The notes: generated by a model not told the origin, from the letters alone. Shown: positions 1-10,300, counted from the first letter of the stretch. The stretch is DNA of 64,000 bases from Kiritimatiellia bacterium (GCA_030745755.1 JASLOA010000004.1:3462-67461); one strand, 5' to 3'. Translations and numbers: made by a program.

Positions 1-392
1 CGATGAATCCGCAGCATGTTGGCCATAAGGTGTTCCAGTGTGAGAACGCGGGTCGCCACGCCCTCGATCTGCACCGCGACAGCCTTCTTCATCGCCTCCT
101 CCAGCAGGCCCGGTTCTGCGGGTATGAACTGGACCGGTACGCCTTCGACCACCACGCGGTCTTCCTCTCCGAATGCGTATCCTCTCCGCCTCAGGTCTGC
201 AAAGAGCGGGCTGGGATCGATTAGAAGGCCGGAGCCAGGGAAATGGCAGACAACGTCGAAGTCGTATGTCAATACGGGTTCAATGTAGTACAGGACGCCC
301 ACGGCACCGCCGATGGCATATTCAACGAGAAGTCCACTCTCCACGAGTTCACTGAGAACCTGCAAGACCGGGCCCAATACACTCCCCGTCAC
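1..392 (-). CDS. Minimal/AbiEii-like nucleotidyltransferase, truncated by window edge
   Basis: Manual translation from GTG at 392: VTGSVLGPVLQVLSELVESGLLVEYAIGGAVGVLYYIEPVLTYDFDVVCH...RVLTLEHLMANML. GG-A plus DxD Pol-beta NTase motifs. Absent from the ORF track because it runs off the edge. Confidence 0.75.
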   Translation of the reverse strand, partial: MTGSVLGPVLQVLSELVESGLLVEYAIGGAVGVLYYIEPVLTYDFDVVCHFPGSGLLIDPSPLFADLRRRGYAFGEEDRVVVEGVPVQFIPAEPGLLEEAMKKAVAVQIEGVATRVLTLEHLMANMLRIH

Positions 393-488
393 ACTCTCGA
401 GGGGAGGGGCGCTTTTGCTGCCGCTGTTCATGCCATAACGCTAGCGTGCGTCTGTGCGGTTGTCGATGATGGAATCAGAAGGTCATCC

Positions 489-572
489 ATCGATGGCCAC
501 ACGGTAATCGTCGGCAGCCATAACTGGACATGCTCCGGGCTTGCTCAGAACATCGAGAACAGCTCGATTATC
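489..572 (+). pseudogene. Remnant of phospholipase D-like (HKD) domain
   Basis: IDGHTVIVGSHNWTCSGLAQNIENSSII matches the D-x6-GSxN-x8-NxE tail of the HKD motif; the preceding HxK is missing. Confidence 0.55.
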
Positions 573-723
573 CCGAACATGAAGGCACCCGGGACCGTGC
601 CTTCCAAGGCTGGGTCATTCAGAAAATCGCCGGTCTGCAGCTCTGCATCAACCACCTCGGTGCTCAGCTCGACCAACTGCAAGCGGAGTGATCGTCGACC
701 GGCCGATGTGCGCGCCCCGAAGC

Positions 724-773
724 TTGCCTTCACACGGCAGAAGTCACAGGTTCAAATCCTGTATCGCCCACCA
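724..773 (+). tRNA. tRNA-Val(CAC) 3' fragment / pseudo-tRNA (att-like)
   Basis: Anticodon arm TTGCC-TTCACAC-GGCAG, T-arm ACAGG-TTCAAAT-CCTGT, acceptor 3' strand ATCGCCC-A-CCA. No canonical D-arm upstream, although 701-707 GGCCGAT could pair 6/7 with the acceptor strand. Confidence 0.75.
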
Positions 774-785
774 TCCAAAAGTTCA

Positions 786-813
786 AGGCCGCCGCAGGCG
801 GCCTTTCTCATTT
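786..813 (+). terminator. Rho-independent terminator-like hairpin
   Basis: AAGGCCGCC-GCA-GGCGGCCTT followed by TCTCATTT, directly after the tRNA 3' end. Confidence 0.6.
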
Positions 814-854
814 AGGATGGCAGGCCACCCATGGGATTGCGTAGAGTCAGCGCC

Positions 855-1121
855 ATGGCTTTCGCATTCACATATGTTCTGCTGTGCTCCGATGAAAACT
901 GGTACATAGGATCCACAGACGACCTAAAACGGTGCATCAAGCAACACGAAGACGGTGAATGCAGGAACACATCCAAGCGGCTACCTGTCGAGCTCGTGTA
1001 CTTCGAAGGATGCCGTTCGCTCGGGGCCGCTCGTGACAGAGAACGTCAGCTGAAGAGTGGGTTTGGTCGCGGCTACCTTAACAAGAGATTGTCTTACGAG
1101 AGGTCCTGCCCGCCCTCCTGA
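855..1121 (+). CDS. Small GIY-YIG nuclease (UPF0213-like), possibly inactive
   Basis: FTYVLLCSDENWYIGSTDDLKRCIKQH...LVYFE...ARDRERQLKS; the conserved Arg four residues before His reads Cys (TGC at 933-935). Confidence 0.85.
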   Translation: MAFAFTYVLLCSDENWYIGSTDDLKRCIKQHEDGECRNTSKRLPVELVYFEGCRSLGAARDRERQLKSGFGRGYLNKRLSYERSCPPS

Positions 1122-1162
1122 CTGGGAGCGAAGCGACCTGTCGGAGGGTATCGCCCACCATC
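1104..1162 (+). repeat. Duplicated tRNA 3' end split by a 40-bp hairpin
   Basis: TCCTG (1104-1108) + 40-bp hairpin (1109-1148) + TATCGCCCACCATC (1149-1162) reconstitutes 757-775. Confidence 0.8.
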
Positions 1163-1219
1163 TTGTCAGGCTTGGACCTCCGAGTTACGTCAGAGTACAC
1201 CTAGACCACCGGTCAATCC

Positions 1220-2263
1220 CTATGCGCTCTGCTTCGTGATCGCCTCCAGTACTCCGGCAATGTCGCGCTCAAAGATGGGCAGATACGCTTCGGCAACGTA
1301 GTTACTGTCATCCGCGATGTCGAAGTCGATTCCGCTGCCGTACAAGTCGTCACGCGCCTGCCGCATGGCAACTCGCATCTTCGATGACACGATGTACTCA
1401 TCAACGCGGGCCTCATCCAGGTTCCATGCCTCTCGCCAGACCGACGTCAGTCCGCGGGCAAGCGGCCGCCAGCTTACCCAGCGAGGAGAAAGCTCTTGGT
1501 TGGGGAACATCACAGGTCCCCACCGTTCTCGGTCGATCCAGTAGTTCTTAGTCTTTCCTTCGGTTCGGACGGCGACGAAACCAGCATTCGCGAGTGCCGA
1601 GAGAACGCTTTGCACACGCATGTGGTTGAAGCACAGCAATTCCGCGATGCGTCGGGCATGTCCGCCTTCTGCCGTCAGCAGATAGACGATAACATCGGCA
1701 CGGATGTTGATCCCGAACAGGGCGCGAGAACGGAAGATGACGTTGGCCGGATGACGCATGTTCACCGACTGCGTCATGCCACGCGTTTGGATGGCCTCAC
1801 GCATGAGTCCGTATCGTTCGAAATGCGCATCCGGTTCCTCAACAGCCGACATCACCTCGTCTGGAGCACTCCGGAACAGCGATTCTGAAGTGGGCTGTGA
1901 GTTGTCATGATATCGCTTGGCTACGCCTCGCCACTTCATTGACTTGTCACGATCACACATCCATGCCGCCATTGCGCCCATTACCTTTGGGCAGCCAATC
2001 CGGTCTTGTTTCATGATGGCGGACAGACGCTGTGTGTTGACCCATGAACCGTTTGTCTCCAGCCAGTCCAGCACTTCATCGAAGAGGCGTGCGTCGTGAC
2101 GGCCGATCTCACTCGTGAATGCCAACAGCACCTCCGGGTCGATCACTCGGTCGCAGCGCCCTACTGAGGATCCGGATACTCCCAGCCTGCACCACTGCTG
2201 CCAGACGAAGTCTACCAGGCGCTCTTTCAGCTCACTTCGGAATGTCATTGCAGATGTTGTCAT
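1220..2263 (-). CDS. Uncharacterised protein with C-terminal winged HTH, partner of upstream nucleotidyltransferase
   Basis: 347-aa ORF overlapping the NTase stop; RADVIVYLL..GHARRIAELLCFNHMRVQSVLSALANAGFV..KTKNY is wHTH-like. Confidence 0.7.
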   Translation of the reverse strand: MTTSAMTFRSELKERLVDFVWQQWCRLGVSGSSVGRCDRVIDPEVLLAFTSEIGRHDARLFDEVLDWLETNGSWVNTQRLSAIMKQDRIGCPKVMGAMAAWMCDRDKSMKWRGVAKRYHDNSQPTSESLFRSAPDEVMSAVEEPDAHFERYGLMREAIQTRGMTQSVNMRHPANVIFRSRALFGINIRADVIVYLLTAEGGHARRIAELLCFNHMRVQSVLSALANAGFVAVRTEGKTKNYWIDRERWGPVMFPNQELSPRWVSWRPLARGLTSVWREAWNLDEARVDEYIVSSKMRVAMRQARDDLYGSGIDFDIADDSNYVAEAYLPIFERDIAGVLEAITKQSA

Positions 2264-2846
2264 ATCCCAGCGCTCCCACTATCAGGCGTATGCGGTCCCG
2301 GAACTGCGGCGATGTTTCGCGGTCCAACAACCACTCAGCAGCGGAGCGGACCTCTTCTTCAGATGGTTTAATTCGGTCAACCAGATCCTCCAGATGTCTG
2401 GCGCGCGCTTTTGGGTCCATCGCGGCCAACAGCTTGAAATGAACCTGGTCCAGGCGACTTATGAAGAACGCCTTCAGCAATGGCCCGTATTCGCGTTCCT
2501 CCCATCGGCTCGTCATGCCCTTCGGTGCACCGTACACCGTTAGGACATCCTTCGGCCCCATGTTCAGCCAGTCCTCGTCCAGTTGTAGGTCCGCCGCAAC
2601 CCAAGCGACAACCTGGCAGAAGTCGGCCGGCAGAGCCCTGTCTGACCGAAGTACAAGTCCCGATTCAGTCTCCTCAACAATTGCCAACACGTCGACCTCT
2701 CGAGTTGTTCGTTGGGCTATATTCAGCACGTTCAGCGCACTGCCTCCGCAAATCACCAAGGCAATAGGGTCTGTGTACTCGTACAGTAGACGCGACCCCA
2801 GCCGCTGCAAGGCTCCCTCAATCTGATCTGGATTATCGAAACTCAT
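2232..2846 (-). CDS. DUF6036-type nucleotidyltransferase
   Basis: LVICGGSALNVLNIAQRTTREVDVL, WLNMGP, KLLAA...HLEDL; start placed at ATG 2846 (MSFDNP). Confidence 0.8.
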   Translation of the reverse strand: MSFDNPDQIEGALQRLGSRLLYEYTDPIALVICGGSALNVLNIAQRTTREVDVLAIVEETESGLVLRSDRALPADFCQVVAWVAADLQLDEDWLNMGPKDVLTVYGAPKGMTSRWEEREYGPLLKAFFISRLDQVHFKLLAAMDPKARARHLEDLVDRIKPSEEEVRSAAEWLLDRETSPQFRDRIRLIVGALGYDNICNDIPK

Positions 2847-3109
2847 AACTGCAATGTAGCATACGATATGTATGCTACACTGCAAGTATAATCTGCGCCA
2901 CAGGCACAGCAACACCCCTCACTCATTGAGTTGGCCTGCTGTTGACCAGCGATGACGACCACCGGAGGCAGGATGAAGCGGATGGCAGGTGATACCGACA
3001 GCGACCATTCTGGCGATCACTTCTGCCCTCGAAATGGGCCTTAAACAGTTAGGGTAAGGCTCCTCGACAACACATTTCCGTGGAGACTAACTGACTCATA
3101 GGCAACAAC

Positions 3110-3142
3110 TTGGGTCGGTCCGACCCCAATCCTGCCAATCCC
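3110..3142. repeat. Short palindrome with adjacent tandem duplication
   Basis: TTGGGTCGGTCCGACCCCAA followed by CCAATCC twice, just downstream of the PQQ gene. Confidence 0.4.
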
Positions 3143-3147
3143 ATATT

Positions 3148-6100
3148 CTACATTGGTCCAGACAGGCACAGAAGTGTGCCATCGACGGTGCATAGGTAGA
3201 GCGCGCCGCGTGCGGCAGCCAGGCCGTCAAATACAGGCGGCGATGCAAGGGCGTGCGTGAATGCCATGGCCCCGTCTTGGGTGTTGAATCCCTGCAGAAG
3301 GCCAGTGTCGATTGGGCCGGACTGTGCAGCGCCCGTGCGATTGGGGTCCAGCGGATCGGAATTGCCCGCGGCAAACAGCGTACCTTCGGTAAGTACCAGG
3401 GCCCGCACTCTCATGTTGACCGGAACGCGCCAGCCAGAAGTGGCACTGCGTCGCAGCTCGACGTCGCTGATGTTGGGTTTGCGGAACAGATTGTACTCGC
3501 CTTGTCCGGGTTTATTCATGTTGTGCTTGTTGCCCCTATGGCTTTCCTTGTTGCTATAGGAGTCCGCGCCATAGATAAATCTGTCGTTGAAGCAGAGTAG
3601 ATGGCCAATGATATCGCCACCGAACACACCTTCTGGACGCGTTCCGAGGCTCTTGGTCCAGTAGGTGCGGAACGCATACGTGTCGTCCTCAAAGTTGCTG
3701 CTTGCTCCAGAGGAAAGCGCGGGCTTGCCCGGGTAGACCCTCTTCAGCCCGGCCATGCTTATTGTGTGGTTGCCCATCACCAGATGCTCGCCGTGCTTGA
3801 CAATCATATTGTTCATGCTCGCGACAACCGGATCGATCGGGGCCTGTGCCGTCGTCGCTCCGGTGTCGAGGTTGAGGCGGGCCAGAAGGATGCCACCATC
3901 CATCCCTGTATGCCTGCCCGCGGTGGCGTAGACCTCGCCGTTTTCCACCAGAACGCTCCCCAGGATCGGACGCGCCGACTCGATACGCCCATAGGCGACA
4001 ATCAGCGGGTCTGCCGGGGCGGGCTGGTACCGCCAGACGAGTTGCCCGTCTTCTGCGTTCAGGCAGTACACGCTTCCATCGCGACACCCGAATACAAAAC
4101 GCCCGCGGGCATAGGTCGGCGATTGGTCCACCCGGTTGCCGGCGACGAAGTCCCAGAGCGGTTTGCCCGTGTTCGAATCGAAGGCCAATATAGAATGCGA
4201 TTCGACGGCGGAGACCACCACCTTGCCGTCGGCAATGACCGGCGAGGTGAGTCGTCCGCCAATTTGTGTCTTCCACGCGACTTTAGGGTTCGCCGGCACC
4301 TGGGTCGCGAGATATCCCGCTCGCTCAGCTGTGCCTCGGTAGATAGGCCAATCCTCTGTCGCCGGGGCAGCGGCCTTTAGTTTCGCGCCGTAGGCCGGTC
4401 CCTTGATGAGGCGTCCCGCCTCGGGGTTCATGCTCTTGGGATCCTTCCCCGAGCCCGGCGCCATGGCCATATCGCCCCGCAGGTAGGGATTGCATCGGCA
4501 ATCCGTCGGGAAGGTGTAGAGCATCCCATTTGCAGGCATCCATCCATGGCCGCAGACACTTCGCCCGGATCGGATGCTTGTCTTCTTGCCCGTTTCAATA
4601 TCGAAAAAGGTGCTCTTTCCGGCGATCAGATATCTCGCGGTGGCGGTATCCGGAGCACATCCTTTCGGATAGTCCTTGATGGGAATCTTGCGCACCGTCT
4701 TGCCAGTTTGCGGATCCAGTGCTGACCAGTTAGGGTCCTTGATCTTCCTGCCTATCATCTTCCCCACCGCTTTGGGGTCTGCTTTTTGCTCGCCGCGAAC
4801 CCAGAGTTGCCCATCCACACGGAAGAAGTCCAAGAAGTTCTCTCCGTGTGCATACATGGTGAATGGAGTGCTCCACAGGTAGGCGCCGTCTTTTGCGTCC
4901 ATGCCGTGAATGTTGGTCGGGTTCTTCGCCGTGCCACAGATCAGGACACCGTCAATCACCGTGCGTAGGCGGATATCCTTGAGCTCGGGATCGCTAAGGG
5001 CCTCGTACTTCTGTCGCCAGATTTCCTTGCCGTCGGCTATCCGCAGGCAGGCGAGCTCACGGCTGTTTTTGAGGTACGCATAGACAAATCCGTCTTGCGC
5101 GATGACATTATCTGAGGTCTGTTCGGATGTCCAAATCGCCTTTCCTGAAATCCGATCTACTGCCCGTATCGGGCCGCCGCCGGTCAGCACAAGACGGTCG
5201 CCAACCAGCAGGACGCTTGTCGGCTTGTCTTCAAACACGGTGATCGTCTTGCCGTTCGAGGCATCGAGGGCGTGAAGTGTTCCGCCCGGTTCCAACGCGG
5301 AGTAGAGGCGATCGGCGGTGGCACACATTGCGGTATCCCTGAACGTGCGGTTGAGGTCCTGGGTTGCCTCTTTCACGATGGGCAGCTCGCGTCGCCAGAG
5401 CACAAGTCCGTTGTATGCGTCGCGGCAGACGAACACGGGACGGGCGGGAGCGACGTAGAAGCGGGGGCCTTCGTCCACCAGCATGAAGTTGCGGCCGCCA
5501 GCGGAGACCGAACCATTGGGGTGGTCCTTATGGCTGCGGGAGCGTCGCTGACCGGAGATCCATCTCAAATGAACAGGGGGGCCGACGAGCGTATCCGCCG
5601 ACGTCCTGCTGCGGGCACTGTCGCGACCAAACTGGGGCCACTCATCCATGCCGGCCGGTCGACGCTTGGTGATGATGATCCAGGGCTGCCCCTGTATTCG
5701 AATGCGCTTCAGTTTGACAACCTTGGCAGACAACGTCTTCGCCAGCCATGCTTCATCTTGCTTCGATACATGGAGAAACGCCTGGCCGTTGGGAGAGAGG
5801 CATCGAACCAGATCGGCCACATCTATTCCCTGGTCAGGCCCGAAGGTCTCGGCCACAAAAATGCTCACGATACCGTCGGCATAGGGCAGTCTGCCCGGGG
5901 CGACTATCATGGCAGTGGCCCGAGAGTCATGACTCTGGGCACGGACATGCTCGCGAAGCTGAAGGGTTCTCGCCTCGGTAGCTGCGAGCGTCTGCAGCAG
6001 AAATTGCGGTCGCTTCGAGAACGCATCGGCCAGCGTTGTGTCCCCGTTGTCTAGCAAAACCACCAATCCGCCGGTGCGTTCTGCCTGCTTCACAACGTCC

Positions 6101-6183
6101 GCCACGAGCGATGACGCAGGCTTTGCGTCCAACGTGGCCCCGGCCGCGAGAAGCATTGATACCGCTAAGAATCTGTAGATCAT
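3148..6183 (-). CDS. Secreted PQQ-type/BamB-like beta-propeller repeat protein with degenerate N-terminal methyltransferase-like domain
   Basis: Signal peptide; RLPYADGIVSIFV..LVRCLSPNG; two DWP(Q/I)..G propeller starts; many DAxxGxxxW repeats; GGAGG RBS. Confidence 0.9.
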   Translation of the reverse strand: MIYRFLAVSMLLAAGATLDAKPASSLVADVVKQAERTGGLVVLLDNGDTTLADAFSKRPQFLLQTLAATEARTLQLREHVRAQSHDSRATAMIVAPGRLPYADGIVSIFVAETFGPDQGIDVADLVRCLSPNGQAFLHVSKQDEAWLAKTLSAKVVKLKRIRIQGQPWIIITKRRPAGMDEWPQFGRDSARSRTSADTLVGPPVHLRWISGQRRSRSHKDHPNGSVSAGGRNFMLVDEGPRFYVAPARPVFVCRDAYNGLVLWRRELPIVKEATQDLNRTFRDTAMCATADRLYSALEPGGTLHALDASNGKTITVFEDKPTSVLLVGDRLVLTGGGPIRAVDRISGKAIWTSEQTSDNVIAQDGFVYAYLKNSRELACLRIADGKEIWRQKYEALSDPELKDIRLRTVIDGVLICGTAKNPTNIHGMDAKDGAYLWSTPFTMYAHGENFLDFFRVDGQLWVRGEQKADPKAVGKMIGRKIKDPNWSALDPQTGKTVRKIPIKDYPKGCAPDTATARYLIAGKSTFFDIETGKKTSIRSGRSVCGHGWMPANGMLYTFPTDCRCNPYLRGDMAMAPGSGKDPKSMNPEAGRLIKGPAYGAKLKAAAPATEDWPIYRGTAERAGYLATQVPANPKVAWKTQIGGRLTSPVIADGKVVVSAVESHSILAFDSNTGKPLWDFVAGNRVDQSPTYARGRFVFGCRDGSVYCLNAEDGQLVWRYQPAPADPLIVAYGRIESARPILGSVLVENGEVYATAGRHTGMDGGILLARLNLDTGATTAQAPIDPVVASMNNMIVKHGEHLVMGNHTISMAGLKRVYPGKPALSSGASSNFEDDTYAFRTYWTKSLGTRPEGVFGGDIIGHLLCFNDRFIYGADSYSNKESHRGNKHNMNKPGQGEYNLFRKPNISDVELRRSATSGWRVPVNMRVRALVLTEGTLFAAGNSDPLDPNRTGAAQSGPIDTGLLQGFNTQDGAMAFTHALASPPVFDGLAAARGALYLCTVDGTLLCLSGPM

Positions 6184-6200
6184 CGCATTATCCTCCTATA

Positions 6201-6446
6201 GCAGACAGAACCATAGTAACCGGCAGAGGCAGGGCTAGCCAATGTGCGAGTCCTGTATATTGTCGGCACATTCCCGACTTCGACGGGGACAACCCGGACC
6301 CATAGCCATATCCTCACTCTGGAACGTGCAGTGACAGCACTGGCTCCATAATGTCGGAAATGTACCGTAAATCACGGAACTGACCCCCTTGTTGCATACA
6401 GCGGGACGCTGGTATATTTGAGTCTAACCCTAAGTTAGGAGTCATC
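6201..6446. promoter_or_regulatory. Divergent promoter module (complete copy) with two GTCGG-N7-CCGAC-type sites
   Basis: Sites at 6262-6278 (GTCGGCACATTCCCGAC) and 6353-6369 (GTCGGAAATGTACCGTA); leftward TTGGCT-18-TACTAT; segments recur at about 15.2, 21.6, 21.95, 26.7 and 45.1 kb. Confidence 0.75.
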
Positions 6447-7268
6447 ATGTTCATGCAAGTTCGCAGGCAAATCGGTGCGGTGGGAGTCACGTTGTATCTC
6501 ACCGCCATTCTGCTTTCGGTCGCGACGGCGCACGGAGCCGGGGAGCAAGCGGCAGCGGCGATATCGACGCCCACACACCATGCCGTCACAGCGGCACCCA
6601 GGATTGACGGGTGGTGGTTCGCTCTACAGGCCGAGAATATCGATCTGATGAAGAAGGGCGACATCGATCTGCTGATGGTGGGCGATTCGATCACGCACAA
6701 TTTTGCAAACGAAAAGGTTGGGCTGAAGGTGTGGGAGAAGCACTTCGTTCCGCTCAAGGCTATCAATCTCGGGGCTGGCGGCGATCGCACGCAGCACGTC
6801 TTGTGGCGTCTGAACCATCTGCCTGTCATGAAGCAGGCGCCCAAAGGCGCGGTCGTCCTGATAGGCACCAACAACATGGGCTGGGGTACCGATACACCGC
6901 AGCAGACCGGCGATGGCATCAAGGCTATTGTCATGAAACTCAAGGAGCTCTATCCCGACATGGACGTTCTTGTTCTCGGCGTGCTGCCCCGAAGGCGCAA
7001 GCTCGATCACCCACACCGCAAACGAATCATCGAACTCAATGCCCTCCTGCCGGACCTGCTCAAAGACATCAAGGGCGTGAAGTTCCTGAACATTGGCCCC
7101 GCGTTTCTCGATGAGGCCGGTTTCCTGTCGCCAGAGATGATGCCCGATGGCACACATCCCAGCGAGAAGGGTCACGAGATCTTGACCGCAGCCATCATGC
7201 CTGAGCTGGAGAGAATGCTCGCTCCAGATGGTGACGCGGCTCCGGGGGATGACGCCGTTAAGGAGTGA
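6447..7268 (+). CDS. Secreted GDSL/SGNH hydrolase (PAF-acetylhydrolase-Ib-like esterase)
   Basis: GDSIT, NLGAGGDRTQHVLWRL, IGTNN, DGTHP motifs; signal peptide. Confidence 0.92.
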   Translation: MFMQVRRQIGAVGVTLYLTAILLSVATAHGAGEQAAAAISTPTHHAVTAAPRIDGWWFALQAENIDLMKKGDIDLLMVGDSITHNFANEKVGLKVWEKHFVPLKAINLGAGGDRTQHVLWRLNHLPVMKQAPKGAVVLIGTNNMGWGTDTPQQTGDGIKAIVMKLKELYPDMDVLVLGVLPRRRKLDHPHRKRIIELNALLPDLLKDIKGVKFLNIGPAFLDEAGFLSPEMMPDGTHPSEKGHEILTAAIMPELERMLAPDGDAAPGDDAVKE

Positions 7269-7301
7269 TCCAGTTCCAGAAAAAGCCACCAAGGAGCATC
7301 C

Positions 7302-10300
7302 ATGCATAAGGCTGTGTTGACCGTTATCTCTTTGTTGGCGTGCCAGGCTGCGATCGCTGCGGGGTACGATTTCTACGCCAACACGGTGTACCCGGGCGCG
7401 AACCTGCGGCCGGATGTTGACCTGTACGAGGTCAAGAAGTCCGGGGGCGGCGATCCGCTGGCCTACGAAAGACGCGAGGTCGATTGGTGGCCACGCAAGG
7501 GCGTCGACATCATTGCGGTTAAGAAAGGGATGCCGCTGCGCACATGGACGTTGCGTGCCGGGCCTCTCAAGACAATCAGTGCCGGCGAAGTGAAGCCGGT
7601 GTTGGAGGAGATGGAGACGCTTGAGGCCAAGCAGAACTGTGGCGATCGCTTCTTCCGCAGGATCAGGGGCTACCTGTATCCGCCGGCAAGCGGCGAGTTC
7701 ACGTTTGTGTTTGCTGCCGACGATCAGGGCTCGTTGTTCCTGAGCACAGATGAGAAGCCGGAGAACAAGAAGCGGATAGCCTGGAACCCGGTTTGGGCGA
7801 AGCACAGACGATGGAACATGTTCCCCTCGCAGACCTCAGACAAGATCACGCTCGAGAAAGGTAAGCGTTACTACATAGAGGTCGTTCACCAGGAACAATC
7901 CTTCGGCGACCACGTGTCGGTCGGCTGGAAGGGCCCGAGCATTGACGCGATCACGATCATTGACGGCGAGTTTCTGTCAGGCCTCGACGGCAAGCGCGGC
8001 AAGATCGTGGCCGAGCGCAAGACGACGCCGGTGCTCGGTAAACGCCAGGCCTGGTCGGCTCCCGGGCAGTTCGAGGCCCACCTCATCGGCTTCCGTGGCA
8101 TGGGCAACACCATGACCAGCAAGTTTGGCGGCGGCGACGGCGGTCCGCGTGAGCCTGGCGTAGTCCTGCGCCTGCCGGACGGGCGTAAGCGTTTCTTCGG
8201 CACCGGCAGCTTTAGCGAGCAGGACAAGACCTACATCATGGACCTCTACGTGAAGGAAATGACGCGGATCAAGAAGGGCCTGGTCAAGAGGGAGTACATC
8301 AAGCGGCCGAACGCCAAGTTCCCGGACAGCGCCAAGCCCGGCGAGCCCGGCACGACGCACGTCGAGAGCGAGCATGTCGTGTGGATGTCCGGTAGTCAGG
8401 CGGGGAGCGACGACGATCCGTGGATGAATGAGTTGGAGCCGGAGAAAGCCCAGTGGTACCGCGATGGCTCGATCGAGTGCGCGGAGTACTTCTGGGCCCT
8501 GAACGAATATGCCGGCCACCTCATGCCGTTCTGGGACCATACGAAGCTTCACAAATACCAGATCACCGTGCCCGGCACGAAGCGCGACGGCTACCTGGTG
8601 ATTCCCGGCTATGCCGGCGGCGGCTATGGCGGCTGCGGCATCAAGGGCGCCGGCGGCGGTCCGTGGGCCGGCGCGCTGTTCCACGAATGGGGGCACGGTG
8701 CAAGGCCAGCCCCGCAAGGGATCGGCAGCGGCGAAGCCTTGGCCGATACGTACCAGACATTTCCCGATCCGGGCAACATGAAAGGCAACCACCACATCGC
8801 CCGGCCTTGGCGCAACGTGTTCAATGGCGATGGCGGCTATGGTTTTACCGTCTTCTACAACATGACCGGCGAGGATCCGAACTGGGGCTACGGCGGCTTC
8901 GCCGCGATGCCCTTTGGTGAAGCAGAATGCGTATTCATGACCATGGCGCGTACCGGCGAGCAGCGCGGGATGTTCAAGGACGGGATACGGGGATTCGGCG
9001 ACACGGTCGGCGAATACGGCGCGCGACTGACAACCTTCGACTGTGAGCTTGAAGATAGTTACCGCCGTACCTACTTCGCGCCTACACGCAACTGGCTCGA
9101 GACGGTCGACGCCGACAAGCGGATCTACCGCATCCCACTCGAGGAGGCATCCGAACCGTTCGGTATCAACATAACCCGGCTCGTGGCCGACGAGCAGGCA
9201 GGCAGGATCGTTGTGGACTTCAGCGGCTTGCACGATCCCGAGCTCTACAGTGACTGGCGCGCCTGCATCATTGCCGTTTCGGCGGACGGTACACGTCGCT
9301 ACTCCCCGATGTGGAGCAAGGGGAAGATGTCATTGCGCCTTGAGCCGGGCGATCTGTCGCACTGGCTCAGCGTTGCGGCGACACCGACCGCGCTCTATGC
9401 GGCCAAAAGCGGCGGACGTCGCGGCGGTGTGGATAAGAGGAAGCTATACAGTGGGCGCCATTCGTATCGCTATCCGTGGTCGGTTCAGTTGACCGGCGCG
9501 CGTCCGGGGTCCCCGCGTGAATGTCGCGCGGATATGGATGATGCCGATCTTCTCTACAAGGTGGTCGATTCGATACCGGCGCCCCATGACAAACCTGCTG
9601 GTGCGCGCCTGCTCAAGAAGCTCAAGGCCTTGCGTGCCGCCCTGGACGAAGAGCGGGACAAGCCCGGCCTGACGGACGCACAATCCTATACCGTCATGAA
9701 TGTGTATGGTGATGTTCAGACTGAGATCGACCGCATGAGCAAGGGCGCGCGTCATCCCAACGGCGGCGGCTGGGTGCAGGCTACGGCAACGGTGGCGCCG
9801 ACGGCTTATGTGGGCCCGAACGCCATGGTGCTGGATGGCGCTCACGTGTTGGACAACGCTATTATCGATGAGTTTGGTGTCGTAATGGGAACGGCCGTCG
9901 TGTCCGGCCACGCGAGAGTTTGCGGGCAGGGCGTGGTCAGAGACAAGGCGACGGTCGGCGGCTACTCACGTGTGTGGCAGACTCTCAAAGGGGAGGATGC
10001 TGCGAAGCTCATGCCCAAACGGCCCGGCGCAAAAGATGTCCATGAGTTTGGGTTGTGGGCCAACTACGCGATGGATCGGGGCGACAGCACAATACTTGAG
10101 GACTGGTACCGGTTCGCGTTTAGCGCCGACAGGGGTTACGCCGCAGACCTGACACCCGTGCTCAACGGTTATCTCTATGGGAAGCCGGAATTTGTGGCTG
10201 ATGGCGAGCATCTCGGATTCCGCTTTGATGGCAAGAGGCAACACGGCGAGCTTTGTCCGAGGGTGGCCGATCTTGGGGCCATCACGGTCAACATCTCACT

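Noticed and set aside
701-773. Intact functional tRNA-Val
   Set aside because: The D-arm lacks the conserved AG/GG residues and is short, and the acceptor stem has a C-C mismatch; kept only as a fragment or pseudo-tRNA.
243-815. 190-aa ORF as a real gene
   Set aside because: It overlaps the antisense NTase, the PLD scrap and the tRNA fragment; a chance read-through of unrelated pieces.
3065-3081. Additional operator-like site (ACATTTCCGT), also 15184-15196
   Set aside because: Only half-site matches and no flanking module homology at 3065; not counted.
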